Positions 12,054-25,230 of a DNA stretch of 64,000 bases are shown in pieces; positions within the stretch are counted from its first letter, which is position 1; each line of letters starts with the position of its first letter. The notes under the pieces were generated by a model that ran no database searches, was not told where the DNA came from, and saw only the letters and a program-made list of their open reading frames with translations. The position numbers were made by a program, and so were the translations under genes. The stretch is from Octopus sinensis (lineage: Eukaryota). The stretch covers positions 27,342,001 through 27,406,000 of the forward strand of contig NC_043006.1 of NCBI RefSeq assembly GCF_006345805.1, in the 5' to 3' direction.

Positions 12054-13168
12054 CAGCTGTAACCGGTTTATTTCCAATTTTGCATTTATATTATCGAATA
12101 CAGTGGAAAAGATATTTCATGTAACTATACAGTTGCAAATCTTATTAACTTTTTAAAGCTTGTGTGCTTACAAAAATTTTGTCGCTTCCAGTTGTTGGAA
12201 TCGATGGTTTTAGGGTAAAATTTGTTGCAAGGTTTATTTGTGGTTGTTTTCCTTCGTATAAATGTTTACAAGTAGGTTTTCAACCCAGAGTTTGTCCTTA
12301 ATTTGAACCAGCGAGACTAGGTAGAATCCCTTTCTGTATAGTTATATCGTGTCGATGCCAATCTAAAGTGAAACTATAAAAGCGTGGAATTATTGGTGAC
12401 AATCAATCGCTTTGGGTCTCAGAATTGTCAAGTTCGTTCGTTAGTTTCCATGCGTAACTGCACGTGTTGTCAACCAACTGTAAACACACGGGCTATTTTA
12501 ACTAATATAGCTTTTTCGACGTTGATCTCGTTTCCTTCTTGGAAATTTACGGATTTTAAATACACAAATGAAGCAGGTAAGAACGAATCCTAGCCGCATA
12601 CACATACATGCACAAAAATGCATGCATGCATACATACAAACATAACTCGTACATTATAAGTATGCAAGGTATTTTCTTAAGTTTAGAATGCGACATTGTT
12701 TTTGCTATCTACATTCCACACACATATACATGCAAAAAAGTATGCACATGTATGTATGTGCGTGTATATGAATGATACTGGGTGTCTTTGTGTGCGTATG
12801 TGAGTACGTTCGCACACACGTACACCCATTAGCTTTCATATACACGTACATACTAATACACACATCATGTTCAACCATTATTTTTCATATACACATACAT
12901 ACAACCATTGCACAAACACACACACATACATGTACAGCCATTATATTTCTTTTACACGTTCATACATAAATACACACATGTACAACCATTATTTTTTTAT
13001 ATACACGTACATACAACCATTACGCACGCATCTTTTATAGACGCACCACTCTTCTTAAACTTCGCAACATCAAAAGTAAATAAATAAAACTTACCGGAAA
13101 ATAACGAACGAATTTATTTTTAATTAACCAAAAGGGTCAAACATAGATGGGACAGACAAGGGGTCGGG

Positions 13169-15433
13169 CAGGGTTGCCAATTTAGCATATTAATGCCAGA
13201 TCTAGCATTTTCTTCAGCATTTAGCAGAAATTTTTTGAATCTAGCATTTAGCAGGGAAAACAGCAGGTTTAAAATTTTGTTTAGCATTTTTCTCTGATCA
13301 TGACATTTCCTCAATAGTTACCCTGTTTTCTTCTTTTTCCTCCTTTTCTACTTTCGTTAATGTATCTTATAGCCAAATTTTAATACTATCGGCTATTGTT
13401 GAATTTTTCTTTCACTTTCTTGAAACTTCAAAAGGGAGTTTATCAATATTGGCATTCTTTCGATTTAACTCGACAAAAACAAAACATTTCACTTCGGGTA
13501 TTTCCGTAGAAGCGAATGACAGTTCGATTCTGTTTTCATGAAACAGGTAAGAACAAATATGCAAGGCTTTTTTTTCTTCAAGTTTACATCGCCAAAATGT
13601 TACATGAGTTCGTATGAATATCATTTTAAAAATTTACTAAAAAATATTTTATACAACGATTAATTTCCTTTAAACTAGAACTTTTTTTTAAATAAAAAGA
13701 AAACGAATAAAAGTTTAAAAGATCGAACCCGGCAGCCTATAAGGCCCAGCAACTATCTTTTCTTTCCATCAATGATTAAGCTGGGTTACTAACACCCACC
13801 TTTCTCATCACATCATTCCATCGTTTCTTGTATTCTCTCGGTGGCAGGGTCTTCCTCTCCAGAAATTTTCTGCCCCGTAGGGCAAAAATTACCGTTCGTC
13901 ACAAGACAACAGTTCAAATAACAAAAAAAAAACACAGACAGAGACGAACTCACAATAACAAATAGGCAGCAAGTGAAATATATACGTGCAACTGAGGCAA
14001 AAGCAAACAAAACCAAGGTTCTGAAAGTTTAAAATGAGACATTGCTGGTATAATTTAGTTATATCTATACTCCAATAACCCATGGAAATACCCAAAGGGA
14101 AATGTTTTGATTTTGTTGAGTTACATCGAAAGAGTGCCTCAATATTATTTACATCTGATGGAAATTTGCCCTCATCTTGCTTGTTAACACGTTTCGGCTG
14201 CTATACATACCCATCCTTCATCAGGTGTCTTAGGGAAACTTTGAACCTTTAGTTTGCTATTAATGATAAAGAGCCTTTGAAGATCATGAATTCTTGTCTG
14301 CCTGTCAATAGAACTAGCAGTAAATAGAATTTTAAGCCAATGGTTTGAATTGCAAATTCACTTCCAAACTACAATTACAAAAGAAAAATGCTTTACAGCA
14401 CAAATGTTACATGAAATGTTTTGTGATTGTAGGAATGAACTTTACCTTTTATTTTTGCATCCAATTTTAAAACATGTTCAGGAAATGAATAAACTGTTTG
14501 AATCAAACATTGTCAACAAAACAAAATTACTTGAAGATCTTTCAAATTTGATCAAATCTGTTGCTAATATGATAGTGATGCCAACATGTAGAATTGATCT
14601 TCTTGATCCTGATGCTTCTATTGAAAAATTTCTGGATCCTAATCCAAATTTAGGCTACAGGTTCGAGAGAAAGATAGCAGAAATGATTATCAAGAAGACT
14701 AACAGCCACTGAAGAAAATAATATTTGCAAAAGAGAGCGCAACAATTTTTACTCTGCCTTTATAAAGAGCTCAAACACTGTTTGCCAGGAAATATTAATA
14801 TACTGAGGAATATCAAAGGTTTTTCAGTAGAGAATATTTTGCAGCATTTCAAAGAACCAATTTTACCTGTTAAGACAGGTAAAATTGGTTCTTTGAGGCA
14901 ATGCATTTAAATGAAGAAAAAATTGCTTCAATTGAAATTCAGTTTTATAACATTCATTTAGTTAAATGGACAAATACATTCTGACTGGAAGTCTTGGAAT
15001 ATAAAGATGCTACTGGAGGAAATCCTTTTAGAGATGTTGCAAATTTTGCCATTAATCTACTGACATTGCCAAACTCAAATGCAGAAGTTGAATGGTTGTT
15101 CAGTAGTATGGGTGTAATCAAATCAAAATTGAAAAACAAAATGCATCTTCCATAGGAAGATCAATATTGTCAATAAAATATGGCCTGAAAAGATATGGCA
15201 AATGTTGCAAAAACTTCGATATTCCAAAACACATAATTAACCTTGAATGTATACAAATCAGTGAAATTCAAGAAATTATTTTTCAATGCTGAATATAATT
15301 AAAGTAAGTAAATAAATATTAAGATTTTTGATATAATTAGTCTTTAACATTTTTTTTTGTCATATTTAGCATTTTTTTGTATTTTTTCTACTGAAATTTA
15401 GCATTAAATTCTGATTTTATGTTGGCAACACTG
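13169..15433 (+). mobile_element. Internally deleted hAT DNA transposon
   Basis: TIRs CAGGGTTGCCA (13169) and TGGCAACACTG (15423..15433). 8-bp TSD GGGTCGGG/GGGTTGGG (one CpG-type change). TTTAGCA subterminal repeats. Disrupted transposase C-terminus at 14340..15200, including the dimerisation-domain motif LLTLPNSNAEVEWLFSSMGVIKSKLKNKM. Confidence 0.9.
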
Positions 15434-17144
15434 GGGTTGGGGATTGAATGAGACAACAATATATGATAACTAACTAACGAATGGCAAGTTGCAAGTGACA
15501 ACACTGAGACCCAAAACGATTGATTGCCAAATTAACCCATCCACAGTTCCATGTGGATGGGTTAATAATTAAGTTGCATACAGACTTCTTACAAACTTGA
15601 TGTAGTGGTTTTGATGTAATATAACTGACCAATTTACTGTATTGTTACTATTACGATCTTAAGGTGTTGAGTTTCATGATGTATACAAAAGGGTAAATTT
15701 CGATACTTTCACCTACACGATTTTCACTTTTTTTCCATTGAATTCAGAATTGTAGAAATTATTGGAGTTGCCGAATGTGTAATATGAGCTAGCAATGGCT
15801 ATGGAGAAAATTGAAGCAAGTTGTTCCTGGCATTATTTTTGTGCTCATTTGCTAAGGTTAGCAAGGACAACAGTATTGCATGCTGGCATGTTTCAAAAGA
15901 CAGACAACTTTTCTGTTAATTACGTACCCAACTATGGGTCCAATAGAGGCAAGCTGTGTCTGACAAGAGTGCAGGGAGCTTGAGATAATGTACAAGGTGT
16001 CAGACAAAAGAGCTAAACAGGCACAGATATTGTGAAAACAATTCAGTAAAATATTCCAACATCGGATCACTAATGTAGCTAATTGAGGCTAGCTGTCGAA
16101 CTGTTTCATCACTTCCACCCAGAGTAACAACATCTGCTTTTTAAGAGTATTTATTCAGTTTCTGTCTAATTGTTAGAACGTTAATACCTAGTTCCTTTAG
16201 TCGCTGCTTTGTTTTATCCTGTTCAGATATAGACACTAAACTATTGGCAAGATTGTGGCTCATCTAGCTCAACACGCTATGGATCCTTAAAAGTTGCTGC
16301 TTCGAATCTAACATGTTAACACACTCTTATTTAGCTGTCCAGTGGATAACGACATGCTAAGATATTTCTTATGTACACACACATTACATTTTCTATTGCA
16401 CATACATTTTTTTCTCTCATTATTCCACATCCTTGAATAACACATCAATGCTAACCTTTCAGTGACCAAATTTCTTTACTACCACATGTAAAATTTACCA
16501 TCAAGAAATAAATTGCTATGTTTATTAATGAAAGAATATTGTCTTCTGATAATTTTTACATCCATGTAAAAGACATACATTTGAAATCTTCTTACATGCA
16601 CATTATAAAATATACTTTTTAAAGTGGTAATTCTAACTTATAATATCCATCTTGTTACAAGTAGTTTAAAATATTTTTCTCATCTTTTGAAAATTTAAAA
16701 TGCTGTTTCAATTTATTAAAATTCTCCTTAAAAAAAGAATATTTTGTTGGGGTTGAAACATAATCTAAGCACCATATATAAAAAGAGGATGCTTAATAAA
16801 AATTTTTGATGGGTTTTAGAAAATTCATGCTTAAATGCTAAATATTTTGCTTTCCCACAAGATGAAAAATAATGTACATTTCTGTACAAACTGAATAGTA
16901 AGACTAAATATAAACTTATTTGACTTCAACATTCAAAAAATCAAATTTTCATTTTTTGAAAAAAATGTTTATTTCCACAGTGTTGACTTCACTGTAGAAA
17001 AGTAGCATATTTAATACTGGAGATATCATTTCCCATAATTAGAAGTACATATTGTATATGAGTGTGTATTAAGACATAAATAGAATAAATATGGTGTATA
17101 GTTTATCAGCATAGAAATATAGTAAAATTTTCATTATTGCATCT

Positions 17145-17549
17145 CTACATTTTAAGTATCTATATGTTATACTGTTTCTTTTATTTCAGAATATCAGATG
17201 ACATTGCGATGAGAGAATTTTTTACTCAGATAAGCCATCAATATTTATCATCTTTTGAAGACAAAAGGAAGATGCTTTAGAGAACAGATATCACTTTGTT
17301 TGTATAAATCTATTGTGGAATTACTGTAGAATGTTTGTTGTGTGTGAGATTATTGACAAAATTTCTCTATTTTACTGTCTAAAATGCATACAAGATGAAA
17401 CTTGGATTACTAATGAGCTTGCAACATCTTCATAACAATAACAGGTGTTCGAACTAGAGGAGAAATATTTGACAGGAAAAGACTACAGAAGCAAAAAAAA
17501 TTCTGCAAAAACGAACAATTTTAATGATTAATATTTTTTACCTGAAGAG
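17145..17549 (+). other. Splice acceptor (AG at 17188-17189) and 5' leader of the ZNF-B coding exon
   Basis: ttatactgtttcttttatttcag|aatatcagatg. Homologous to the acceptor/leader of ZNF-C and ZNF-D. Confidence 0.7.
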
Positions 17550-18413
17550 ATGCCGAAAGAGATTAAAAAATCATCATACCACTGTGATGTATGTCACAAA
17601 TCATTCTCTCAAAGAGGTAATCTCACTACTCACAAACGCATTCATACAGGAGAGAAACCATATCACTGTGATATCTGTGGTAAATCATTTTCTGGAAGTG
17701 GTGATTTAACTTCTCACCAACGTACTCATACTGGAGAGAAACCATTTAGCTGTGATATCTGTGGTAAATCATTTTCTCGAAATGATGAGTTAACTGTACA
17801 CAAACGGATTCATACAGGGGAGAAGCCATATCACTGTGACATCTGTGGTAAATCATTCTCTGAAGGAAGTAACTTAACTAAACACAAACGTATTCATACT
17901 GGCGAGAAACCATATCAGTGCGATATCTGTGGTAAATCATTCACTGGAAGCAGTAACTTAACTACTCATCTACGTATTCATAGTGGAGAAAAACCACATC
18001 ACTGTGATATCTGTGGTAAGTCGTTCTCTCAAACAAGTGAATTAACTAAACACATACGTATTCATACAGGAGAGAAGCCATATCGCTGTGATATCTGTGG
18101 TAAGTCATTCTCACAAGGAGGTACCTTAATTGCTCATAAACGTATCCATACAGGAGAGAAACCATATCAATGTGATATTTGTGGTAAATCACTATCTCAG
18201 AGTGGTGAATTAACTATACACAAGCGCATTCATACAAGAGAGGAACCCTATTGTTGTGATATCTGTGGTAAATCATTCTCTCATACTGGTAGCTTAACTA
18301 AGCACAAGTATATTCATACGGGAGAGAAGCCATTTAATTGTGATATTTGTGGTAAATCATTCACTCAAAAAAGTCACTTAACTATGCATTTATGTGTTCA
18401 TACAGAGAAGTAA
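17550..18413 (+). CDS. ZNF-B: C2H2 zinc-finger protein, 10 fingers, no recognisable effector domain
   Basis: 287-aa ORF: 10 tandem C2H2 fingers with HTGEKPY linkers after a 10-aa leader. Confidence 0.93.
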   Translation: MPKEIKKSSYHCDVCHKSFSQRGNLTTHKRIHTGEKPYHCDICGKSFSGSGDLTSHQRTHTGEKPFSCDICGKSFSRNDELTVHKRIHTGEKPYHCDICGKSFSEGSNLTKHKRIHTGEKPYQCDICGKSFTGSSNLTTHLRIHSGEKPHHCDICGKSFSQTSELTKHIRIHTGEKPYRCDICGKSFSQGGTLIAHKRIHTGEKPYQCDICGKSLSQSGELTIHKRIHTREEPYCCDICGKSFSHTGSLTKHKYIHTGEKPFNCDICGKSFTQKSHLTMHLCVHTEK

Positions 18414-19779
18414 TCACATATATGTCAAAAGCAATTTTATGAAAGCTATATACGACCAGAAATATATTGAAACTGGAAATAAGATATAACAGGGTGATAA
18501 CAGCCTCTTAACACTATATTTTTATACAGCCACAGCTATATACATTTTAAAGATGATTTATGAATGTTATATTTTTAATACTTAACACATTTTCTGTTAC
18601 TATTTGATAATTTGACATGAGATATGTATTCTCATAAATCAAAGATAACATTACTGTACAGTTAAAAATGACTATACAAATCACGAAATGAAATATTTTA
18701 TTATACCATGTTAAGATATACATATGTATGTTATATATATTCTTTTATGTATCTTATGAATATTCTGGTTTAATTTTGTTGTGTAGATAGATAATTTTTA
18801 ACTGCTTAGCTTGAGAATTAAAACTATAACTTAGATTTCACTCCAATATTTTTTTCTTTCTCTAACATCAGGATTTATGTGGTCAGCTGTCATATTTTAT
18901 CTCATTTCTTTAAATTAAGTAGTTTTCATAGGTCACTGAGAGTTGAAACATAGATAAGGGATAACACTCCCTTTGTTCTGGTGCTGATATTAAGTTTCCT
19001 CTGAAAATATAAATAGAACCTCCCTCAGAGCCCCAGGGACAGTAGTTTTCGATTGCTCCAACACAACGGTCAGTTCTTTTTCTGTTTTGCTTTCTAGCAG
19101 ACAGCTTGACCTGTTAGACATACTACTTCCAACACTTCTCATAGCACACAAACAAGAATATTCGCATTAGCCTGCTGCTACTTACAATAATATTTTCATT
19201 GCCTGCTTCTGCTAACCTGAGACATGTCAAACTGACCAGAGGTAAATAAAAATTTGTTGATGACATTTCACTGTTTGGTTTTCTTCTTTTTGAAACTTGG
19301 TTTCTTCTGCTTCAAATAACTCAATCTACTGTTACATGTGTGTATCCCACCAAGAGAATGATGGAATACATTCTTTTGATGGCTTAGATTTATATAATTT
19401 TATCAATTCTTTTATTTATAGTATAATCCCTCAATGTCTTGAAGGTTAATTTGTGAGAACTCTTCAACTTAATATAAATGCAAAATGAATGACATAATTT
19501 GTGCTTCATCCTCATCAATGTTTACAACTACCTTTTGTATTCAGGTAGGAAATGGATACATGTCTGTCATATAAGATATCGCCATATTTCATTTTTTCAT
19601 CTCAACTGTAAGTTTCACCTGTCTTCGTGAATATTCTTCATAACTCAAAATTAAAATAAAGTTGGTTAACTCTAAAATCATCCAACCATTTTACTTGAAG
19701 AATATTAGAATATTTGCTAAAACACAAGGTTTTAGCAACATTTGAAGTGGAGATGGATTTTTTTTTTTCCCCTTTGTAA

Positions 19780-21860
19780 TTAAAAATGTCTGGTGGTGTG
19801 GGTTATGGTTTAGTCACACGTATTGCAAATCAGATGGTTCATGAAAGAGTCATACCCAAAGACTGGTGTAGCAGCACCATAATCAACTGCTACAAAGGTA
19901 AAGATGATGCCTTAAATAGATATAATTACAGAGGTATCAAATTGTTGGATCAGGTGATGAAAGTTATGCAGAGAGTCATAGCCCAACTAATTAGGGAGAG
20001 AGTTAGTCGAGATGAGATGCAGTTTGGTTTTGTGCCAGGTACAAGCACCACTGATGCTATACTTCTGGTAAGGCAACTGCAGGAGAAATTCCTAGCCACT
20101 GTACTTGGCTTTTGTTGACTTGTAGAAAGCTTTTGACAGGGTTTCCTGATCCCTTATCTGGTGGTCAGTGCAGAAACTAGGGATAGACAACTGGTTGGTG
20201 AAAGCCATACAAGCCTTGTACAGGGACGCTACCAGTAAGGTGAGGGTGGGCAATGAGTACAGTGAAGAATTCAGCATACAAGAAGGAGTTCACCAAGGAT
20301 TGGTGTTCAGTCCCCTCTTATTAATCATAGTCCTCCAAGCAATAACAGAAGAATTCAAGATGGGCTGCTTCTCTATGCTGATGACCTTGCTTTTATAGCT
20401 GAACTAGAGAAGTTCCAGGTTTGGAAGCAAGGTCTAGAATCAAGGGGCCTTAGAGTTAACCTAACAAAAACCAAAGTTATAGTGAGTAGGAAGGCAGACA
20501 AATCTCAAATCCCTTCAGGTAGATGGCTCTGCTTAATCTGTGGGAAAGGTGTAGTTAGAACTCCATAAGGTGCACCCAGTGGAAGTTTTGGACACATAAA
20601 AGGTGCTGCAACATTAGAGGAAGGTTAACAGGGAGACTAACTTCTGTATGTGGAAGGTGCACTGGTGCAATAAACGCTGAAAATGTACAGAAAATAGACT
20701 CCATCAACTGTCTGTGGGGCAAGCTTGAGACAGTAGGTAGCTTCCTTTATCTAGGTGACTATGTTGGCAGTGGAGGTAGATGTTCCAAGAGCATAGCTGT
20801 GAGAATGAGAATTGGCTGGGAAAAGTTCAGAAAGCTCTTACTCTTGCTAGCAAAAAATGGACCTCTCACTCAGAGTGAAAGGCAGATTGTTTGATGCCTG
20901 TGTACGAACAGTTATGTTGCATGGCAGTGATACATGGGTTATAACAGCCGAGGGCATGCATAGGCTTGAAAGAAATGAAACCATTTCGCTGGATGTGCAA
21001 TGTTCGGGTTTGCATGTTCGACAGAGTGTAAGCATCTTGAGAGAAAAGTTAGGCATATTAAGCATCAGATGTGGCGTGCAAGGGAGACGACTGTGCTAGT
21101 ATGGTCATGTGATACATATGGACAAGGACAGCTGTGTAAAGAAGTAGAGGGAACTTGTGGTAGAGGTAGATGCAGGAAGACTGGAACAAGGTGGTAAAGC
21201 ATGATCTTTGAACTTTGACCCTCACAGAGGCAATGATTGGTGACCGAGACCTTTGGCAATGTGCTGTGCTTGAGAGGACCTGTCAAACTAAGTACACCTG
21301 TGCTGGTAGTATATAAAGAACATCTTTTGAACATTGGGCTTCACAGAGGCAAAGTGGCAGAGTTCCTCTTGAGTGTTGGGCCTCATTGAGACAAAGTGGC
21401 CAAGTTCCTTTTGAGCTTTGGCTGAGTTCCTTTCGAGTGTTGCACCTCACAGAGACAAGGTGGCTGAGTTCCTTTCAGGCATTGGGCCTCACAGAAGCAA
21501 AGTGGCTGAGTTTCTTTGAAGCGTTGGGCCTCATGGAGACAATGACCAAGACCTTTAGCATTATGTTGTGCTTGAAAAGAAGACCCATCAAGTCAAGCAT
21601 AATCACAGTTTTGACAGATACCGGTGTGAAACAAATTGGCACTCGTGCCGGTAGCAAGTAAACACACCCCAGTGTCATGCAAATGGCATGTAAAAGCACC
21701 CAGTACATTCTCAGAGTGGTTGGCATTAGGAAGGGCATCCAGCTGCAGAAATCAATATCAAATCAGACTGAAGCCTAGTGCAGCCTTCCAGCATGCCAGC
21801 CCAATCAAACCATCCAACCTATGCCAACATGGACAATGGATGTTAAATGATGATGATGAA
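19780..21860 (+). mobile_element. RTE-clade LINE, 5'-truncated, disrupted RT plus 3' UTR and (GAT)n tail
   Basis: CYKGKDDALNRYNYRGIKLLDQVMKV, MQFGFVPGTSTTDAI, GVHQGLVFSPLL, YADD-like, LFDACVRTVMLHGSDTW. Frameshifts and stops. Ends atggacaatggatgttaaatgatgatgatg. Confidence 0.9.
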
Positions 21861-22663
21861 TTACCAACATGACTTCAGTATTCGGTGATTCTAACTTTGA
21901 AGGAATTACACCCAAAGATTTACGAAAAGTAGAAGAGAAATAACCCAAAAAAAACAAACAAAAACAGCATCTGAGTCATTGTTGGATTATTTTAGTAACA
22001 AAGCAAACAGGTAAGACAGGTGAAGATTCAATACTAGTGTTTATCCATAGTCATTGCTTTTATACCTGTTAATTTCACCTGTCAATAGAAGTCAAATTTG
22101 ATTTTTTTTAATATCAGGTAAAAATAAAACTGTACATCATACCTGCTAACAAAATTATAAATCTGTGCATAAAAAATTGAAGTTACAAACAACTGTTATT
22201 GATACCCTTCTTGGGCCTGCTGAATTCAAAACATTACATTTAACAAAGTAATATAAATGTGAAAGGGTTTAAAACAAAATCCAACTCATACCAAAATAAG
22301 AACCTCTATGTAGTCAATCTATCTGCTAGAACTAGCAACCAAATCTCTATCCAGTCACATGCTTCTGTCTTAAAAGAAAAAGTACATATTGCATAATATA
22401 GATCAACATACATTGTTTCCAAAAATTCCAAAATGATGGTGGATTTTGCTTTTAGTCAAGATTACTTTTGTTAATATAAGCAATGTATCTTCTATTATAA
22501 AGTATATGTAATCAAGCAGTGACCTAGTATTACATTTGATGCAGAAAATGTTTACTCCCAGCTATAATTGTGAATTAGATTCAGTCTCAGCAGTAAGTTG
22601 TTTGTTTAGCACTGGCTGGTGAGTATTTTAATTTGTTTTCAGTAAAAAAAAAATTGATATTCA

Positions 22664-22812
22664 GTGCCGGTGACATGTAAAAGACACCCAGTACACTCTG
22701 TGGAGTGGTTAACATTAGGAAGGACATCCAGCCATAGAAACCTAGCCAAAATAGGCAGGAGCGTGGTGCAACTTTCTAGTCAAACTAACCCATGCCAGCA
22801 TGGAAAACACAT
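22664..22812 (+). mobile_element. Short RTE-type 3' UTR fragment
   Basis: gtgccggtgacatgtaaaagacaccc...ggagtggttaacattaggaagg...aacccatgccagcatggaaaac. Confidence 0.65.
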
Positions 22813-23988
22813 TAAAAAAAAGTTCTGTTATTTATCAATCATAATCAGATAGAATAATTTTTTGTATTGAGATAGGTTTCATGATATCTCTTCATCTCAT
22901 AAGGTTAGATAACTTTTTTTTCTCATAACTGCAGCATAAAGAACCAATAATTCAGTAAAGATATGAATGACAAACAATGTAATTCTTTTCAAGGGTCATA
23001 GATTAGATAAAAGGAAAGAAAGTTACATTTACAACTCAAGAAATTAGGCAATGTCTCAAGACTGAGATTGCTGAGAGACTAGACATCAGAGAAACCATTC
23101 TCAGTCAATCTCTATCAGTATTCTGTAAGATGGCTCTCAAAAAAATACTCTTTTGGCCTCTTCGTGGTCCAAAAGAGAGCCTTGTCCTCATTGTCTTCCA
23201 TTCTCAGTTAATGCTTTGATAGTATTCCTGTGAAAAGGATCAAGAAAATGCAGTATTTGATAGTATAATGCAGAAGTTCACCTAATATTGTCATATGTTG
23301 TTCACTGATCTGACCAAGACAGGTTATTGATATCAATTTTCTGTTGATTTATTATTTCACAGACAAACCCAAAAAGTGAAACTCTACAGTTTTGTAGCAA
23401 CTATTTACTTAGAATCTTTGATATTACAATACTAAATGTAAATGAACCCATAACTCACTAACCGTAATTTACCACACTTAGTAATACTAAATATCTGCCC
23501 TAACTTATTAGTGGTTGAAACTAGCATCAAACTCTCATTCAATATGGCTGATCTGCTGTTGGTATTTTTCTGTAAGTCTTTAGTCTCCAAAAACCACTAT
23601 TCCTCAATTGTATTTCCTCTTTCTCCACAGAGGTACTTCATTAATTTGAAATACAAAACAAAGCACCTCAAGACATTGACTCATGGATTCATTGGTTCAA
23701 ACATACCAAATATTTTCCTTACAGTATTCCCTGATAATGCTGAACCAGTCTTTAATATACATTTTCTGAGTGTACCAAGGCTGACACCACACTTTTGTTT
23801 AAAGCCCTTATTCATCTAACCATGTCCAGTGAGAGGGAGAGAACATATAACTTTAGCTCGTTTTCTCTGCACTCTTAGTTGCATTTTCAGTTATTCAATT
23901 TCTGCTTCTGGATCCAGTTTTGACAAGGTTTTAAGAGAGCAACAAAAGTTACAGTACCAGACACCAACAATATTGATTTTATCTGAAG

Positions 23989-24377
23989 ACTAGCAGTATC
24001 GCCCGGCTTTGCTCGGATTTGTAAGGGAAATAACTATATAAGCATTTTTAGAGAGTTATAGCCAAAAAATGCATTAAAAATGGAAAAAAAACGATGGTAA
24101 TTTTTTTTTTAAATCGTTGACTCATCGTAGACATTTTTAGAGAGTTACTTCCCTTATATAATAGCGAAAAAATACATTAAAATGGAAAAAAATTATGGTA
24201 AATTTTTTTTTAAATCATAGACTCATTGTAGACGTGCGCTAATACCCAGAAGAGCTCGATATGAATCACGACTATAAGATACCCGGTTTTGATTAAACTG
24301 CACCGCAAAATGTGGGAGTAGTTAGGAATCTAAATCGTAGGAGACAGACACACAACTTGACTTTTATATATAAAGAT
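23989..24377 (+). mobile_element. Non-autonomous Helentron/DINE-1-like element
   Basis: Begins actagcagtatcgcccggctttgctcgg and ends acttgacttttatatataaagat, termini typical of DINE-1/HINE-like elements. Internal ~100-bp tandem duplication. Confidence 0.55.
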
Positions 24378-24394
24378 ATCACAATGTCAGTCTA

Positions 24395-25230
24395 CAGTGT
24401 GGGTAGAAAGTAACTAGGCATTAGAAATTGCTTATAGAAGTTTTAGTATCACTGAAGCCATCACAAAATTATTTTTTAAATAGACAACACTAATGGGGAT
24501 TTCTTATTTTCCAGATGACCAGTCACTTGACTGTTCAGCAGTGAGCTAAGATAGCAGCACACTATGAAGTGTTGAATTCCATTGTTTTGGTTCAGAGATG
24601 ATCTCGTGCATGGGAAGGTAAGCATGCACCACTAAGTCCAAAAGGTCATGCAAAGCTGATGACCACAGGCTCTGTGAACAATACAAGAAGTGGCGTCCAG
24701 CCACATCCCGATCAACGGAGAATGTGGCAACAATGCAGGAAATATTTAATCGAAGCCTGCAAAAATCAACATGCCAAGCAGCTCATGAAAGTGGACTAAC
24801 AAGACACACAATGCGTTTGGTGTTGCATAAAGAACTGGATTTTTGTTCACAGAAACCCCATTACATGCAGGAGCTAAAACCTGAAGACCATGACTGCAGA
24901 AGTCCAAATCTCACTCTATGAGATTTTTACCTGTGGGGTTACACAAAAGAGGTGTACAAGACAAAACCTCACACACTGGAGGACTTGGAGACACAGATTC
25001 AGGAGGTTCTCAATGATATCCAAGATGATGTCCTTCAGAAAGTTGTTCATTCTATCCCTGGCCGTTTGTGGAAACTGGTTGATGCCACTGGTGCTTATGT
25101 TGAAATATGAAGATTTACTTTCATTTTCCCATGTAGTAAAGAACATGCATCATTTGTTTCAATAAATTTGTAAGAGGATTATGGATTTTATAACCAATTT
25201 TTAAAGCCTACTTACTTTTCACCCACCCTG
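24395..25230 (+). mobile_element. Internally deleted Tc1/mariner-superfamily transposon
   Basis: TA-flanked TIRs cagtgtgggtagaaagtaactaggc / gcctacttacttttcacccaccctg. Transposase N-terminal HTH region fused by deletion to the C-terminal SPNLT.DFYLWGYTK.VYKTKPHTLEDLE motif. Confidence 0.85.

Noticed and set aside
22880-23930. Possible decayed transposase on - (GVSLGTLRKCILKTG-like)
   Set aside because: Only a short HTH-like hint with many stops. Family cannot be supported without a search.
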